A DNA stretch of 54,241 nucleotides, filler included, from Ionaspis alba (taxonomy: Eukaryota), in NCBI GenBank assembly GCA_964255285.1. It is 3 parts of 3 records of this genome, joined end to end, with 100 filler letters (N's around TTAATTAATTAA, not from the genome) between each part and the next. Parts side by side here need not be neighbours in the genome. Positions count along the whole stretch, not along the records: positions 1 to 18,073 come from CAXUUL010000299.1; positions 18,174 to 36,163 come from CAXUUL010000300.1; 1 more part is not named here. One strand, written 5' to 3'. The notes below the pieces were generated by a model. It had not been told where the DNA came from. It saw only the letters and a list, made by a program, of their open reading frames with translations, and ran no database searches. Positions 10,945 through 22,258 of this stretch are shown here, in pieces; the first letter of the stretch is position 1; each line of letters begins with the position of its first letter. The position numbers and the translations under genes were made by a program.

Positions 10945-11386
10945 ATTGATGGCTGCAGAAACGTGCACAATGCGTACACAGAGATATGACAGTCGAAGGG
11001 TAATGCCTGCTCCGAATGCAAGCCCTTGACCATTTGATTCCTCATTTTGAAAGATAGGTCTTTTATCATAGTATATGGCTCTCGAGGTGAAAACAAGACT
11101 AACTAGACCCAACATACATCAATTGGCGCTGATGCCTTTCTATGACATTACTGTATGCACCCACATGGGTGGTTGGTAGAAAATAGTATTGCGTTTGGAA
11201 AATAGCCCTCCAAACATGCTTTCATGCCTGCCGTAGTAGCCAAGCTACAGAAAAATTCGACTCGCAGTAAAGGTGACTGAAAAGGCCCGTTTCACGAATT
11301 CTGCTCCGTATTTGCAGAATCCATCCAGGATTCCTCCTTATGTCTCACGAGCTCGTTCGGGGCATTTCGGTCATCACATACCAGTT

Positions 11387-12586
11387 TCATTTAGTCCTAG
11401 AATTCTCGATCCCCAACACTAATACATCTGTGGCTCCCACTTCTGTAAGCTCATCCATAACATTTGCAATTCGTTTCTTCTCAACCATCGAGCTTACAGC
11501 CACCCAATCAGGGTCATCGAGCGCAGTGATAGTAGGTGCACGCTTTCCTGGCGTGATTCGTTTGGCCGTGTCGAGGATGGATCGGGGGATGTTATACTGG
11601 CAGAGGACGTATCTCTGGGCCGCTGGAGAAGCATGAAATGTTAACCAGGTTTGGCAGATACAAAGAGAAGAGGCGGGATGAGGGTTCTTACTGATCACAC
11701 CGTTTATTCGGGAGGCTATCAAATCAACCATCTTCTGGTCCGAGGGGTGTTTGGACTTGATGAGGACGGCAGTGCTGGATATTACGGTGTCGATGTCCAT
11801 GAGGCCCGCAGCTTTCATAGTCTCACCCGACTCTTAGACAATGGTCAGCTAAACTAACCACGGTTCTCCTCGGTAAGAATGCTCACCAACAAGATCGACA
11901 ATCCCATCCGCCACTCCCAATGCACAAGCAGCTTCCACGCTACCACCAACGTATTTTATCTTCGTCTTCAATTTTCTTCGTGAAGGCGATCCACTGTTGG
12001 AGAATTTATTTTCTACCACCTGGCCCTCCAACGTTGCAAAATATTGTTCCGTCAACCCTGTGAAGCTCGTGACAACGTTCTTCCCAATCAGCTCTCTTGG
12101 GTCGCTGATCAGTCCTCTCTCCGGCACCTGCACTCTCAAGCTGCACTTCCCAAAGCCCAGATCCAGCACCTCCTCCACGCCAGTGTATTCGGTAGAGGGC
12201 GAAGTAGCTTCATGTTCTGCAACCTGGTCCCGACCTGTTATGCCCAGATCGACCCTTCCTTCTCCGACGAATGTCGGAATGTCGGCTGCAGGGAGGAAGA
12301 CGAGCGCGATGGTGTGGTTCTTGACAAGGGCGATATCGAGGCGGGTTTCTCGGCGAAATTGGATGTCGGAGCCGGAGAGGAGGTCAAGAGTTGCTTGTTG
12401 AAGCCGACCCTCTGCGAAACATTGTCAATGGAACCCAGATGCGACGGAAGGATGGTCGCTGACTCTTAGGAACAGCGAAGAGGAGACGGCCTTCGAGACT
12501 TGGGGAGATGTCAGCATTTAAACTTTCCTAGCAAGCCCGTAGTGCTTGAGATACGGAAGTAGTTCTCACTGGTTGACCAGATCCAT
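11387..12586 (-). CDS. HIS1: ATP phosphoribosyltransferase
   Basis: Five exons splice to MDLVNHLEGRLLFAVPKKGRLQQATLDLL...GSVEAACALGVADGIVDLVESGETM...ITPGKRAPTIT...VMDELTEVGATDVLVLGIENSR. Confidence 0.97.
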
Positions 12587-13210
12587 CTCTGATGTCCTGC
12601 GTGTCTATAAACTCTCGAGTATTCGATGTTCGCTGGAAGTCTGAGTGATACAAAATTTTGCGGTATGACTGGGTCGTAGAATTTGGAGAGGATATCCGGT
12701 AAGTTCTCAGAGGAGCCAATGATCTATGTGTATTGCAGAGGTGGATGATCGTGGTATCATCGACTTTTTTTCACAGTACCAACAGGCATAGCTGTTCCAA
12801 CAGATCGATTGCATGCATAGTTCGGATCATACATACAACCAGGGCAAGGATAGAAGGTTGGGCAATCTTCTTCTCATAAACAATCCTATGATGCTAGATC
12901 CTCCTCCGATGGCCGATCATGTAAAAGCAGCTCTCTCTTTATCATCCGAGCCGAATTGCATTAACCTCAAATCCCGCACCACAAAAAATCTCAGCCCTAT
13001 CACAAATCTTATTCCAATCCCTGCACTAGCGCATGCGGCTCTAGCCCTTGCCCTCTTTTCGACATTTGTGGGCGAAAAGTAAGCGAGATTCCATTTGCAA
13101 CCGCATCAATTCCTTCACGATTGCGACGGCCAAGGAACGAATTCATCCCGCCTTCTTCTACCTACCTCTTGCATTGCGGCAGTCTTCATCAGTGAATCAC
13201 CCTGCGCACC

Positions 13211-13609
13211 ATGGATTCCTCTAAAGTTCCCGTCAAGCTCGTCAAGGTCACTCGTGTGCTGGGCCGTACTGGTATGCCTCATCTCCTGTTGCGGGCCATC
13301 TCCCCAATCTCGATAGACAGGATCCCTTTTACGTTTAGACTGTCGGGAATACCGGTTACTTGAGGAAGGGAAGCACTGATCTCTGTCTGTGTAGGCTCTC
13401 GAGGAGGCGTCACCCAAGTTCGTGTCGAATTCATGGACGACACCACCAGAAGTATCATCCGCAACGTCAAGGGACCCGGTAAGTGCTACGGTTCACGACA
13501 ACTCCGAAAGTTCCAAAAGAGCGAAGGCTGATTTTTGGCGAATACAGTCCGTGAAGATGATATCCTGTGCTTACTTGAATCGGAACGTGAAGCTAGGAGA
13601 TTGAGATAA
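13211..13609 (+). CDS. RPS28: 40S ribosomal protein eS28 (68 aa)
   Basis: Exons 13211-13271, 13395-13478 and 13548-13609 give [68 protein letters not shown]. Confidence 0.98.
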
Positions 13610-14337
13610 TTGCGGGAAATGGGAGCTTAGATTGGACGAGGAGATGGCGAGATATGGTGGTGCATTGGAGGAGTGTGTTTCTCTGAATGCTCGAGATGCG
13701 GACAAAGACAACTTTGAGGCAGAATCAGATATTACGAGCGGAATACCAACACCAGGTCATAAGAAGTCACCGACATTGGTCTCTCTACGCTCCCTTGGAA
13801 CTACCATGTGCTTGAAAATTCTATCTGTCCTGTGAATTGCCTGTTCCGGCTAGCCTCAAGCACAAAGCTACCTACATGCTCTCTGATTACATGCAATCAA
13901 TGCTCAAAGCGTGTCAAGCCTCAACTTCAGCAGTTGGTGGCTGATCCATCTTCCTGAGGCTCCGATATCTTCTGCCTCGAAAATCAGTCCAGTCACGATC
14001 TACAGGGCCCTATCTACCTAGAAGCTTTCTTAGAGTTCCTACTACGAGTTTCTAGCCACTAACGTGATAATCGATCCTGCTAGCTAAGGAGGTACTTGTA
14101 CCGAGTGCTTTACCACGAGATCTGTGTCTTAGATGAAGCAATGATCTCCCTTTTAAAATACGCCCGAGGACTTCGTAAGTGCTGTGTCCACAAGTAAAAG
14201 TTATTCGAGGCAATAGAGCATCATGAATAGGTTGTCAAGATGAACTCAGAAGAGTCGTCCTTCGGAGTGTTTATTGATCCTACACTACGAGAACAAAGGC
14301 CAACACGCTCCGATATATCCCATCAAAGTCCGTCGCT

Positions 14338-16158
14338 TTAGAACAGCCACTCAATAAATCTATACCACCCACCTCTTCCAGCCTTCCCTTTGGCCGCCTT
14401 CTCCGCCAAAAATTCCGCCTCCTCAGCATCAATGATATCCTTCCCCGTGAACAGATCTGCCGTCATCGGCGTCCTCGACGCATCTTTCCTGATTAATTTA
14501 TGCCCGAAAATCATGCCCAGATACAACGGGATGCCAAGATACCCCGTGATGAAATTCCGGTAATCAAAATACTCTAGTCCCTTATCACGGGTCGGGTCGT
14601 AGATGAAGACATCGAAGTTCTTGAAGATAGCGATAAGAATGCAGAATGCTAGTGCACCGTAGGATCCACCGATGCCCAAGGGAGCAACGTACGGCATCTG
14701 CGAGTTGGTGATACCCTGTGCGCGTCGAGCTCGCACGAAGCAGATGTGAGCTACAAGGATGGAAATCCAAGTAAGGATGCCAAAAATGGTGACCAGGTTG
14801 ACAAAGTAGTTGAAGACCTTAGTCGAAGATTCGGCCACATTGAGGAAAGCGATAAGAGCGATACTCGCTGAGATTCCGAGCGCAAAGATGGGCACGCCAC
14901 GGCGGTCGGTGCGGGCGAAGATCGCTGGAGCATCACCTTCCTTCGCTAGGCCGTAAAGTGTGCGTGTCGCGATGTAGAGATCCGAGTTTGAGGCGCTGAA
15001 AACGAAAATCAAGATGCAAGCGTTCAAGAACGAAGGTAAGACCTGGATGCCTGAGTCGATGATTGCAACCACGAAGGGAGAGGCCGAGGCACCAGTCGTT
15101 TGCTTGGTGGCGAAGGACAGGCTCTTGGAGTTGTACGGCACGAGTGTGCCGACGAGCAAGACCAGAATGATGTAGAAGAGCACGATTCGCCAAAAGGTCA
15201 GCTTGATAGCTTTGGGGATCACTTTCCGTGGGTTTTGCGCTTCTCCGACTGTGACGCCAACGAGTTCAGTTCCGAGATAGGCGAAGGTCGCGGTTACGAA
15301 AGTTCCCCAAAGAGCAAGGAATCGGCCGCTGTCGCCAGTTGTGAAACGTTCTTTGAAAGCTCCAGGATCTTTCCAGTAGCGGAAGCCCTAGGGTATAGAA
15401 ATTAGTGCCGTAGCAGAGGGGACTAGGCAAAGGAGTCCAATTTGGACGACTTTTCTTACCTTCCTATCATGATCCGGTCCACCACCAAGCATAAGGATCA
15501 AGCTTAAAAGAATCAACCCCACAATCGTCAAGACCTTCAACGAGCTCAACCAAAACTCGAACTCGCCAAAGAACCTAATGCCAAGATAATTGATGGCTAT
15601 AATCACGACCAAAAACACCGCTATAAATACCCCCGGATTCACCTTCTCCCGCGGCACCCAATACTGAATCACCAACGCCGCCGCCGTCAACTGATTCGGC
15701 GTCACGATAATATACTTGAACCAGTACGTATACCCCAGCGCAAACCCCAACGCCGGATCACAAAATCGTGCGGCGTAGCCCGTGAAACCGGACTCGAGAG
15801 GCAGCCAGGCGGCCATTTCTCCCAATGCACACATGACGAGGTAGACGATGAAGCCGACGATGGTATAGGATATCAGAATGGAGCCTGGTCCGGCTCTGGC
15901 GAGCGCGGCGCCAGTGCCGATGATCAGCCCCGTGCCGATCGCCCCGCCGATGGCTATCATGGTTACTTGACGGGCTTTGAGACCGCGGTGCAGACGCATT
16001 TTCGGGTCTGTCATGTGGGCGAGGTGGGAATCTGGATGGATCGTCGTGTCGAGGTTGGGGTTCGCTTTGTCGTTGTTGTATTCTGGGGAGGGCGGTGTTG
16101 CGGGTTGGGCTTGGGCGGTTGCGCCCGTTTTGCGGTTGAAGACGCCCATCGGGTCCAT
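14338..16158 (-). CDS. Amino-acid permease (APC superfamily, YAT family; Dip5-like)
   Basis: Exons 16158-15460 and 15387-14338 (582 aa). Motifs LHRGLKARQVTMIAIGGAIGTGL, ALGEMAAWLP, FGEFEFWLSSLK, AYLGTELVGVTVGEAQNPRK and SPFVVAI. Confidence 0.95.
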
Positions 16159-18073
16159 GTTCTTAGATCTATGCTCGGTGCGTTGTGAGGATCGACAGGT
16201 GGTCGTGCTTCTTGTCCTTGGGGACGCGAAGATTGAGGAATGCTGGGAGGAAAGCACGAACACGCGAAGGGGTAGATATGTTGGAAAGAGGGGTGGTTGG
16301 AGATCTTCAGCTAGAGCAATGCGAAGGTACGAAGTCTGCCCTTTCCTTCGCGACAGTAAGCCTCGCAGTGAGCCTGACAAATTCAAGCAGACTTCATCGC
16401 GATGGTAAAATAGAAGTAATGAAAAAGGGAGAGTAAAACGCTTATAAGCCACACGCAACACAGCAAACCAATCGCTTACGGCGTCGATTCCAGTTCTATA
16501 TAGCTGCTCCGCAATAACAGCAGGGTATCGTCGATGCACCTTGTCAGCCGTTGCAGAGACTTGCAGTTCCGAATACCTGTAAGCCAAGTCTTGCAGGTTG
16601 CCTTGGCTCCCTTGGCTTTCTCTCAAGGGATCTCTTAGATTCGTCTAGTTTCTGCTTGGGTCACAAATCAGAGGGAGTTCCGAGCGCTGTTCCCTCTACC
16701 GGCTTATTTGATGTCCGTATATGACATTGCCCGTTCCGCGTATACAAATTGCAACGTTGTCAGCCTGCCATCGACAGAAGAGGCTGCTGTGCAAATGCTC
16801 TGTGCTCTCAAGAGAGGCTCGCTTGATCCATTGATTCATGAAGCAGGAAGCTGGCGATGCTTGCCAGCACAGTAGAAGCACAGCCTCATCGGCAGGCGCC
16901 GTAGCAAATCCACCAGTTTTCAAACATGGAAAGACCTAGATAGCCGTTGGAAACAGAATGGGACTAGAAGAAGCCTAATAACGCCTCCGAAGAGTAGTAG
17001 TTGTGTCGGACGAGTAATGATGCTACCCCGCTGAAGAGGCACGGAAATTCCGCTTGTGTCGCTCGAGCGGGTTGGGCCTTTACCCACCTCGTCGCCCCAC
17101 CCCTGGACCCCACCCTTTCGGCCCTTCCCTTTCTCTTTCCGCCTTGTCAACCTCCTCGAGTAGATTAACAGGGGAAGGTTACCTATGATAGATCGGCAAC
17201 AACAGCCTCTATGCCGTTCATACCCGAAGCATGAAGAATGGAGAGCCGTTAGTAGCCGTAGACTTGTTGTCTATAGGAGAAATGAGGGACTTTGATGCAG
17301 GGAAGTTCTAAATCATTATTGACACGACAGTGTGGGTAAGACCTTCATGATACGGCGAAGCTAATTACGGGGAACTACTGATGCAACGCGTATGGGCAAC
17401 GTACTTCTCGTTTGATATTTTGGGTCCGAAGAGGAGTCCGCTCGTGTGCATGCTTGTTCATACCACACTGGACAACTTGCTATAGAAATCCGTTGTTATA
17501 GGGCGCTTCCACAGGTCAATATGAATAACGGCTTTCACGAAATGTTTGAAAGGCAACGGTACGTGTAGCCAGTTCAAGAACGGGTTGAGAGGTTGCTTAG
17601 TCTCCTTCCATGAGGATGGCATACCGGCTTCTGCTATAAGCTAGAGGCTGGGGGCCATTTATCAACAGATGCTATTAGGACATGCATGTTAAGATTCTAC
17701 ATTGGATCTGGAGTTCTGCGAAGGACGAGGAAGGTATTAATCAGCATATGCTACCGAGCTGACAATGACGGCTCATCCAATCCATCATATTTGACATGGG
17801 AGCAATGGATCGAATCTTGTGTCCTGGCTACGAAACACGCCTAGACCTTACGACCAAGTCCACGAACAGAAGCTTCAATCCTCGGAGTGTTCTTACTCGA
17901 GAGCAGCAGAATTCAGGAGACCTAGTTTGTGCATTGAAAGCGTCTTGCGCATCTTCTCTCAACGTCCTGTAGGATTATTGATTATGCATGTATAAGTATA
18001 CAGATTACCGAGCTCGAAGAAGGCATCATTTCCTCTTGAGAAACAGCTACCAAGACCTGGTGGTGACTTCTGA

Positions 18074-18173
18074 NNNNNNNNNNNNNNNNNNNNNNNNNNN
18101 NNNNNNNNNNNNNNNNNTTAATTAATTAANNNNNNNNNNNNNNNNNNNNNNNNNNNNNNNNNNNNNNNNNNNN
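18074..18173. other. Artificial contig-joining spacer (44 N + TTAATTAATTAA + 44 N)
   Basis: Six-frame-stop linker inside an N run; an identical copy is at 36164-36263. Confidence 0.97.
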
Positions 18174-18182
18174 GACCGAGCC

Positions 18183-19813
18183 TCACGACCAGCTCTTGAC
18201 CCGACTCCAAAAGAACGCCCGGTCATTCCTCAATCCAAACTCCGCCCAATCGTCCGTCAGCCGGTTCCAGCTCCAGAACCCCTTCCAAACCAACTTGTTA
18301 TTCCTTGTCGCACCTGCCCTACTGCTTCCACTCCTGAGCGCCAGCTCCATCAAGTATTCGTACTTGCTATCCACGCCTTCGGTCTCGACTGTCAGATTGC
18401 CTTCCCGCTCTGCCTCGTTCACCTTCCGCACCACACCACCCACTTCACCAGCACCATCCTCGACGAGATCCTCGGTCTGACAGAGCTCAGGAGGAGCACT
18501 CAACTTCCACCGTCCCCTCAACGCGTTCCTCATCACACCGACCGGCAGTGTAGTCGCTTGCGTCCCCACATTCTCGCGATGTAGATACGGAATCACGTCG
18601 AGAGGCTCTGTGGTCGTCAGCAGAGATATGCAGCTCCCGTCGCGGTAGAAGCGAAGATAGCGGTAGTAGGTGACTATATGCACGGGAGTGTTCCAGGTAA
18701 TTTGACTTGGAGAGGAGGCCCCCGGCCGTGCATAATTGACCGTGCTGATGTAGGCGCCCGGGAAGCGGAGGCGGGGACGCGTGTGATGCATTCTTCTATA
18801 AGAGGGATAGGTGGTGGATAAGCGGAGGTCCAGTGTGTGCGGGATCGAGAACTCCGTTTCCATGGCTAGGGAGTGGGCGGGCGGAAACGGGTTTCCGGTG
18901 ATCGTGCACGCAAAAGCGTAGTGCATGGCTGCGAAACCGAATTCGTGACCGCAGCAGATTCGCCGCCAGATGCGATCTTCGGTCGCGACCAGGTAGGCAA
19001 GTCGTTTGCAGACTAGAGAGAGGCGAGCAAAGAAGGCGACGTCGAGGATGGCGGTGCGGAGCAGGATTTCGATGAGCACTTCGGACGGAAGAGTGGATAT
19101 CGGTGATGGAGGCGGGGGTGAGCCTTCGATTGGGGCAGGGGTGCCTTGAATTGCGAGGGAGGCAAAAGAGGAGATTAGCTCTGAGATGTTATCTTTAATG
19201 GCGGGGGGCCTGTGGAGGGAGTGGTGGGCCGGGTTCGGGACTGTTGGTGAGGCATTGCTCGGTTGATGAGCAGGAGGTTTTGAGGCCGAAGGTGGAAAGT
19301 GCTTGTTTCTGTAGATTTGGTCGACTTGGTCGTCGAGCTATCCCCCCGCATTAGCATGAGTATATGGTGGAATTTAAGGAGAAAGCCGACCCTGTATGCC
19401 TTGCGGTAATGCTTAAGGCTATCTCCTAATTTGCCTTGCGCCTCTCGCTCTACGCCTTTCTCATAGTGCTCGAGAGCTGATCGCGGCTCTCGTGGGGGAT
19501 GATTGCTAGGGTGGATTCCAAAAGTATCGTCACCGAGTCGTCGAGCATCTTCGGTGTTTTCCAGATCCTGATACCCTCCTTCAACGGTGAAGTCGTCACG
19601 CTCATGCCCTTCATCTTGGTCGTTGGTAGCGAACGTGGTTTTAGACGGTGGATGAGCCCGGGCAGTTTCAGACGCTCGAGAGCTCAATCTCCGTTGCGCT
19701 TTGGGTCTTGGGCCCGTTGGACCATTTCCGGTGGAACCTTTGGAGCGAGCTGTGACTTCTTCGCGCCATCGCTGGCGGAACTGTTCCAGCTCTGGATTTG
19801 TCTCTTCCGTCAT
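18183..19813 (-). CDS. F-box protein, Hrt3/Pof7/FBXO9 family
   Basis: Exons 19813-19391 and 19337-18183 (525 aa). N-terminal ELEQFRQRWREEV; ALEHYEKGVEREAQGKLGDSLKHYRKAYRL; F-box LPSEVLIEIL...LSLVCKRLAYL; HIVTYYRYLRFYRDG. Confidence 0.9.
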
Positions 19814-20134
19814 TCCTAACAAAGTCCAAGAGAAAAGGGGTTTTGCTCCAAAGGCAATATACTGATTTAATAGTGTATCAGATGAGTCGAATTAGGGCAT
19901 GCTGTCATGACCGGAAAAAGCTCCGTCCTTAAAGCCGAGTGACGCCAGTGACGCACGCTTGAACGCGATTGGAAAAGTGCCGAGAGGTAGAAAGCCGAAG
20001 CAAATATTGTCGGCATCATGGCTCCTTCCCCGAGCAATACTTTCTTTCTTGACCACAACGTTCTTCGCCCATTTCTCGCAGTGACGGAAAATTGGTCAAA
20101 TATCTGCTTTCATAGGTATTGATCGATTCATTGA

Positions 20135-21639
20135 ATGTCTGGCTTCATAACAGAGCCTCTGAGGTCAGATGAAAACGACGCTCGTCCTACCGTTCGGCAT
20201 GAAGGATCACAGTATGCACAAGGACAAAGGCACGATAGAATACCAGGAGGTATTATTGGCGCGAACATCATAACCCCAGATGATGGTGAAGATTTGGGAG
20301 TGGAGAGTGATATCTCCGCCGGCCAGAAGATGTTGTCCGCCGTCTCCGGCAGTTTGCTTACCTCCCTCCTCGGTAGACCTTTCGAACAAGACTACTTCTG
20401 CCTGCGCATCTATGCTGATAGGATTAAATAATAGTTACTCCTCTCGATGTCGTCCGAGTCCGCCTCCAATCTCAATCCGCGTCCTCCTTCACGCCCTTTC
20501 GTCTCCCTCAATCTGCCACGGCCTTCACAAAACTCCCTCCAGACCTGGGTGTTACCGCCTGCTGCCGCGAAGTGTTTTGGGTTAACAATAACGCCCAATT
20601 CTGTATCGCCACATCTACATCGACCACACCACTCTCTGTGCTTTCCAACCCCTCCCTCAACAGTACCTCCCACGCCACTCATACCTCCGCGGCGGATTGC
20701 GCTGTTGACGAAACTCGCCGGAAGACCTTCACTTCCACCCTCGATGGCCTGCGTAAAATTGCCCGCAATGAAGGATTTCCTTCCCTCTGGCGTGGTCTCT
20801 CTCCCACACTCGTCATGGCTATCCCTGCAAACGTCATCTACTTTACCGGATATGACTACCTCCGCTCCCATCGCCAAAGTCCCATAAACGCCTACGTTCC
20901 AGATGCGTACGCGCCGCTTATTGCGGGTTCGGTCGCTCGTGTGGCTGCTGCTTCTGTGATATCGCCAGTTGAGATGTTCAGGACAAGAATGCAGGCGACC
21001 TCGGGCGAGAAAGGAGCCAGCGTGTTTCGTCAGACACTGCAGGGCTTGCGGGAAATGGTTAAGGCGCAAGGGTATAGCAGCTTGTGGAGGGGATTGACTT
21101 TGACAATGTGGCGAGATGTACCTTTCAGCGGTATCTACTGGTGGGGGTACGAGGCAACGAGAAATGCCTTGACGGACGCAAGGGACAGGAGTCGAGGGAA
21201 GGTGCTGGATCCACAGCGGAGCGCCACTAGGATACGGAGTCGCTCAAGGAGCAGAGAGAACCATACTGCTACTTTCGTGGACTCATTTGTGGCCGGAGCT
21301 GTTAGTGGCGCTGTGGCGGCAGTAGTGACAACCCCTTTCGATGTTGGGAAGACGAGGCAACAGGTTTTGAAGCATGCGGAAGACGTCTCCTCGTCTTCGA
21401 GCCCATTGCCGCCCCAAGCCAAAGGAACAACTGCGGCATTGAGGCCAGAAGACCGGTCTATGCCGCGTTTCCTTTATCACATCTTCCATACCGAAGGCAC
21501 GGCGGGTTTGTTCAGAGGATGGGCAGCTCGCTGCCTTAAGGTTGCCCCGGCTTGTGCGATAATGATCAGTAGTTACGAGATCGGGAAGAAGATGGCGCGG
21601 AATGTAAATGAGCGGAAGGAAGGAAGAGTTGCCACCTAG
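20135..21639 (+). CDS. MTM1: Mitochondrial carrier, MTM1/SLC25A39-40 subfamily
   Basis: Exons 20135-20372 and 20435-21639 (480 aa). Carrier signatures TPLDVVRVRLQ, SPVEMFRTRMQ and TPFDVGKTRQQ; subfamily motifs LWRGLSPTLVMAIPANVIYF, RDVPFSGIYW and KVAPACAIMISSYE. Confidence 0.88.
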
Positions 21640-22258
21640 AGGACACGGAGATATTTGTGCTAGATGGGTTAGTTTCAAGAGCAAGTCTGAAGCATTTTGG
21701 GAGTTCTTGTGGCGAGCTTGACCTGCATTGCGCGGCGTTGGGAAATGGATGCTAGATGGTGGCCTCAACTCGTTACATTTGGCGGTCCTTCATCTTTGTT
21801 ACTAGGAGATAGCTGTGTACGAAAAAGTTCAAGTCTAATTCGTGAGTATGTGGATCTATGCGGCTAGTCAATTTTCGAACCGAAAACTGCGTGTCCTATA
21901 CCAAGTTCAACATCCTCTTTGATATATATGCCGATATATTTCACTTCCTATGTGCCTATGTAAAATCATAATCACAAGGGCCGAGAGGCACAGTAGCCAT
22001 TTCCAGATCCTCTCAATCCATACGGCTTATCCAACCCACGTTCCAGCTTCGAGCCCTGATACAATCATGCCTCTCATACTCTTTCCCTTCCTATCCCAAC
22101 CACAACTCCAACCGGTAAAGTAAACACCGAACACCTCGCTACAAAACTTCTTTTCCTTCATACTGCAATAATTGCCTGTGGCACGAGTTGGCGCCGAAGG
22201 CATAATTCCTTCCACCTGGAATCGTTTTCAGCCAGAAAATGTCATATCGCAATCTGCT

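Noticed and set aside
12587..13210. Searched for Gcn4/CpcA sites (TGACTC) in the HIS1-RPS28 divergent promoter
   Set aside because: Only imperfect matches (TGACTG, TGAGTG) were found.
18118..18129. TTAATTAATTAA palindrome flanked by N, repeated at 36208-36219; looks like a target site or repeat
   Set aside because: It is a synthetic six-frame-stop contig linker, not biology. Gene adjacency across it is unverified.
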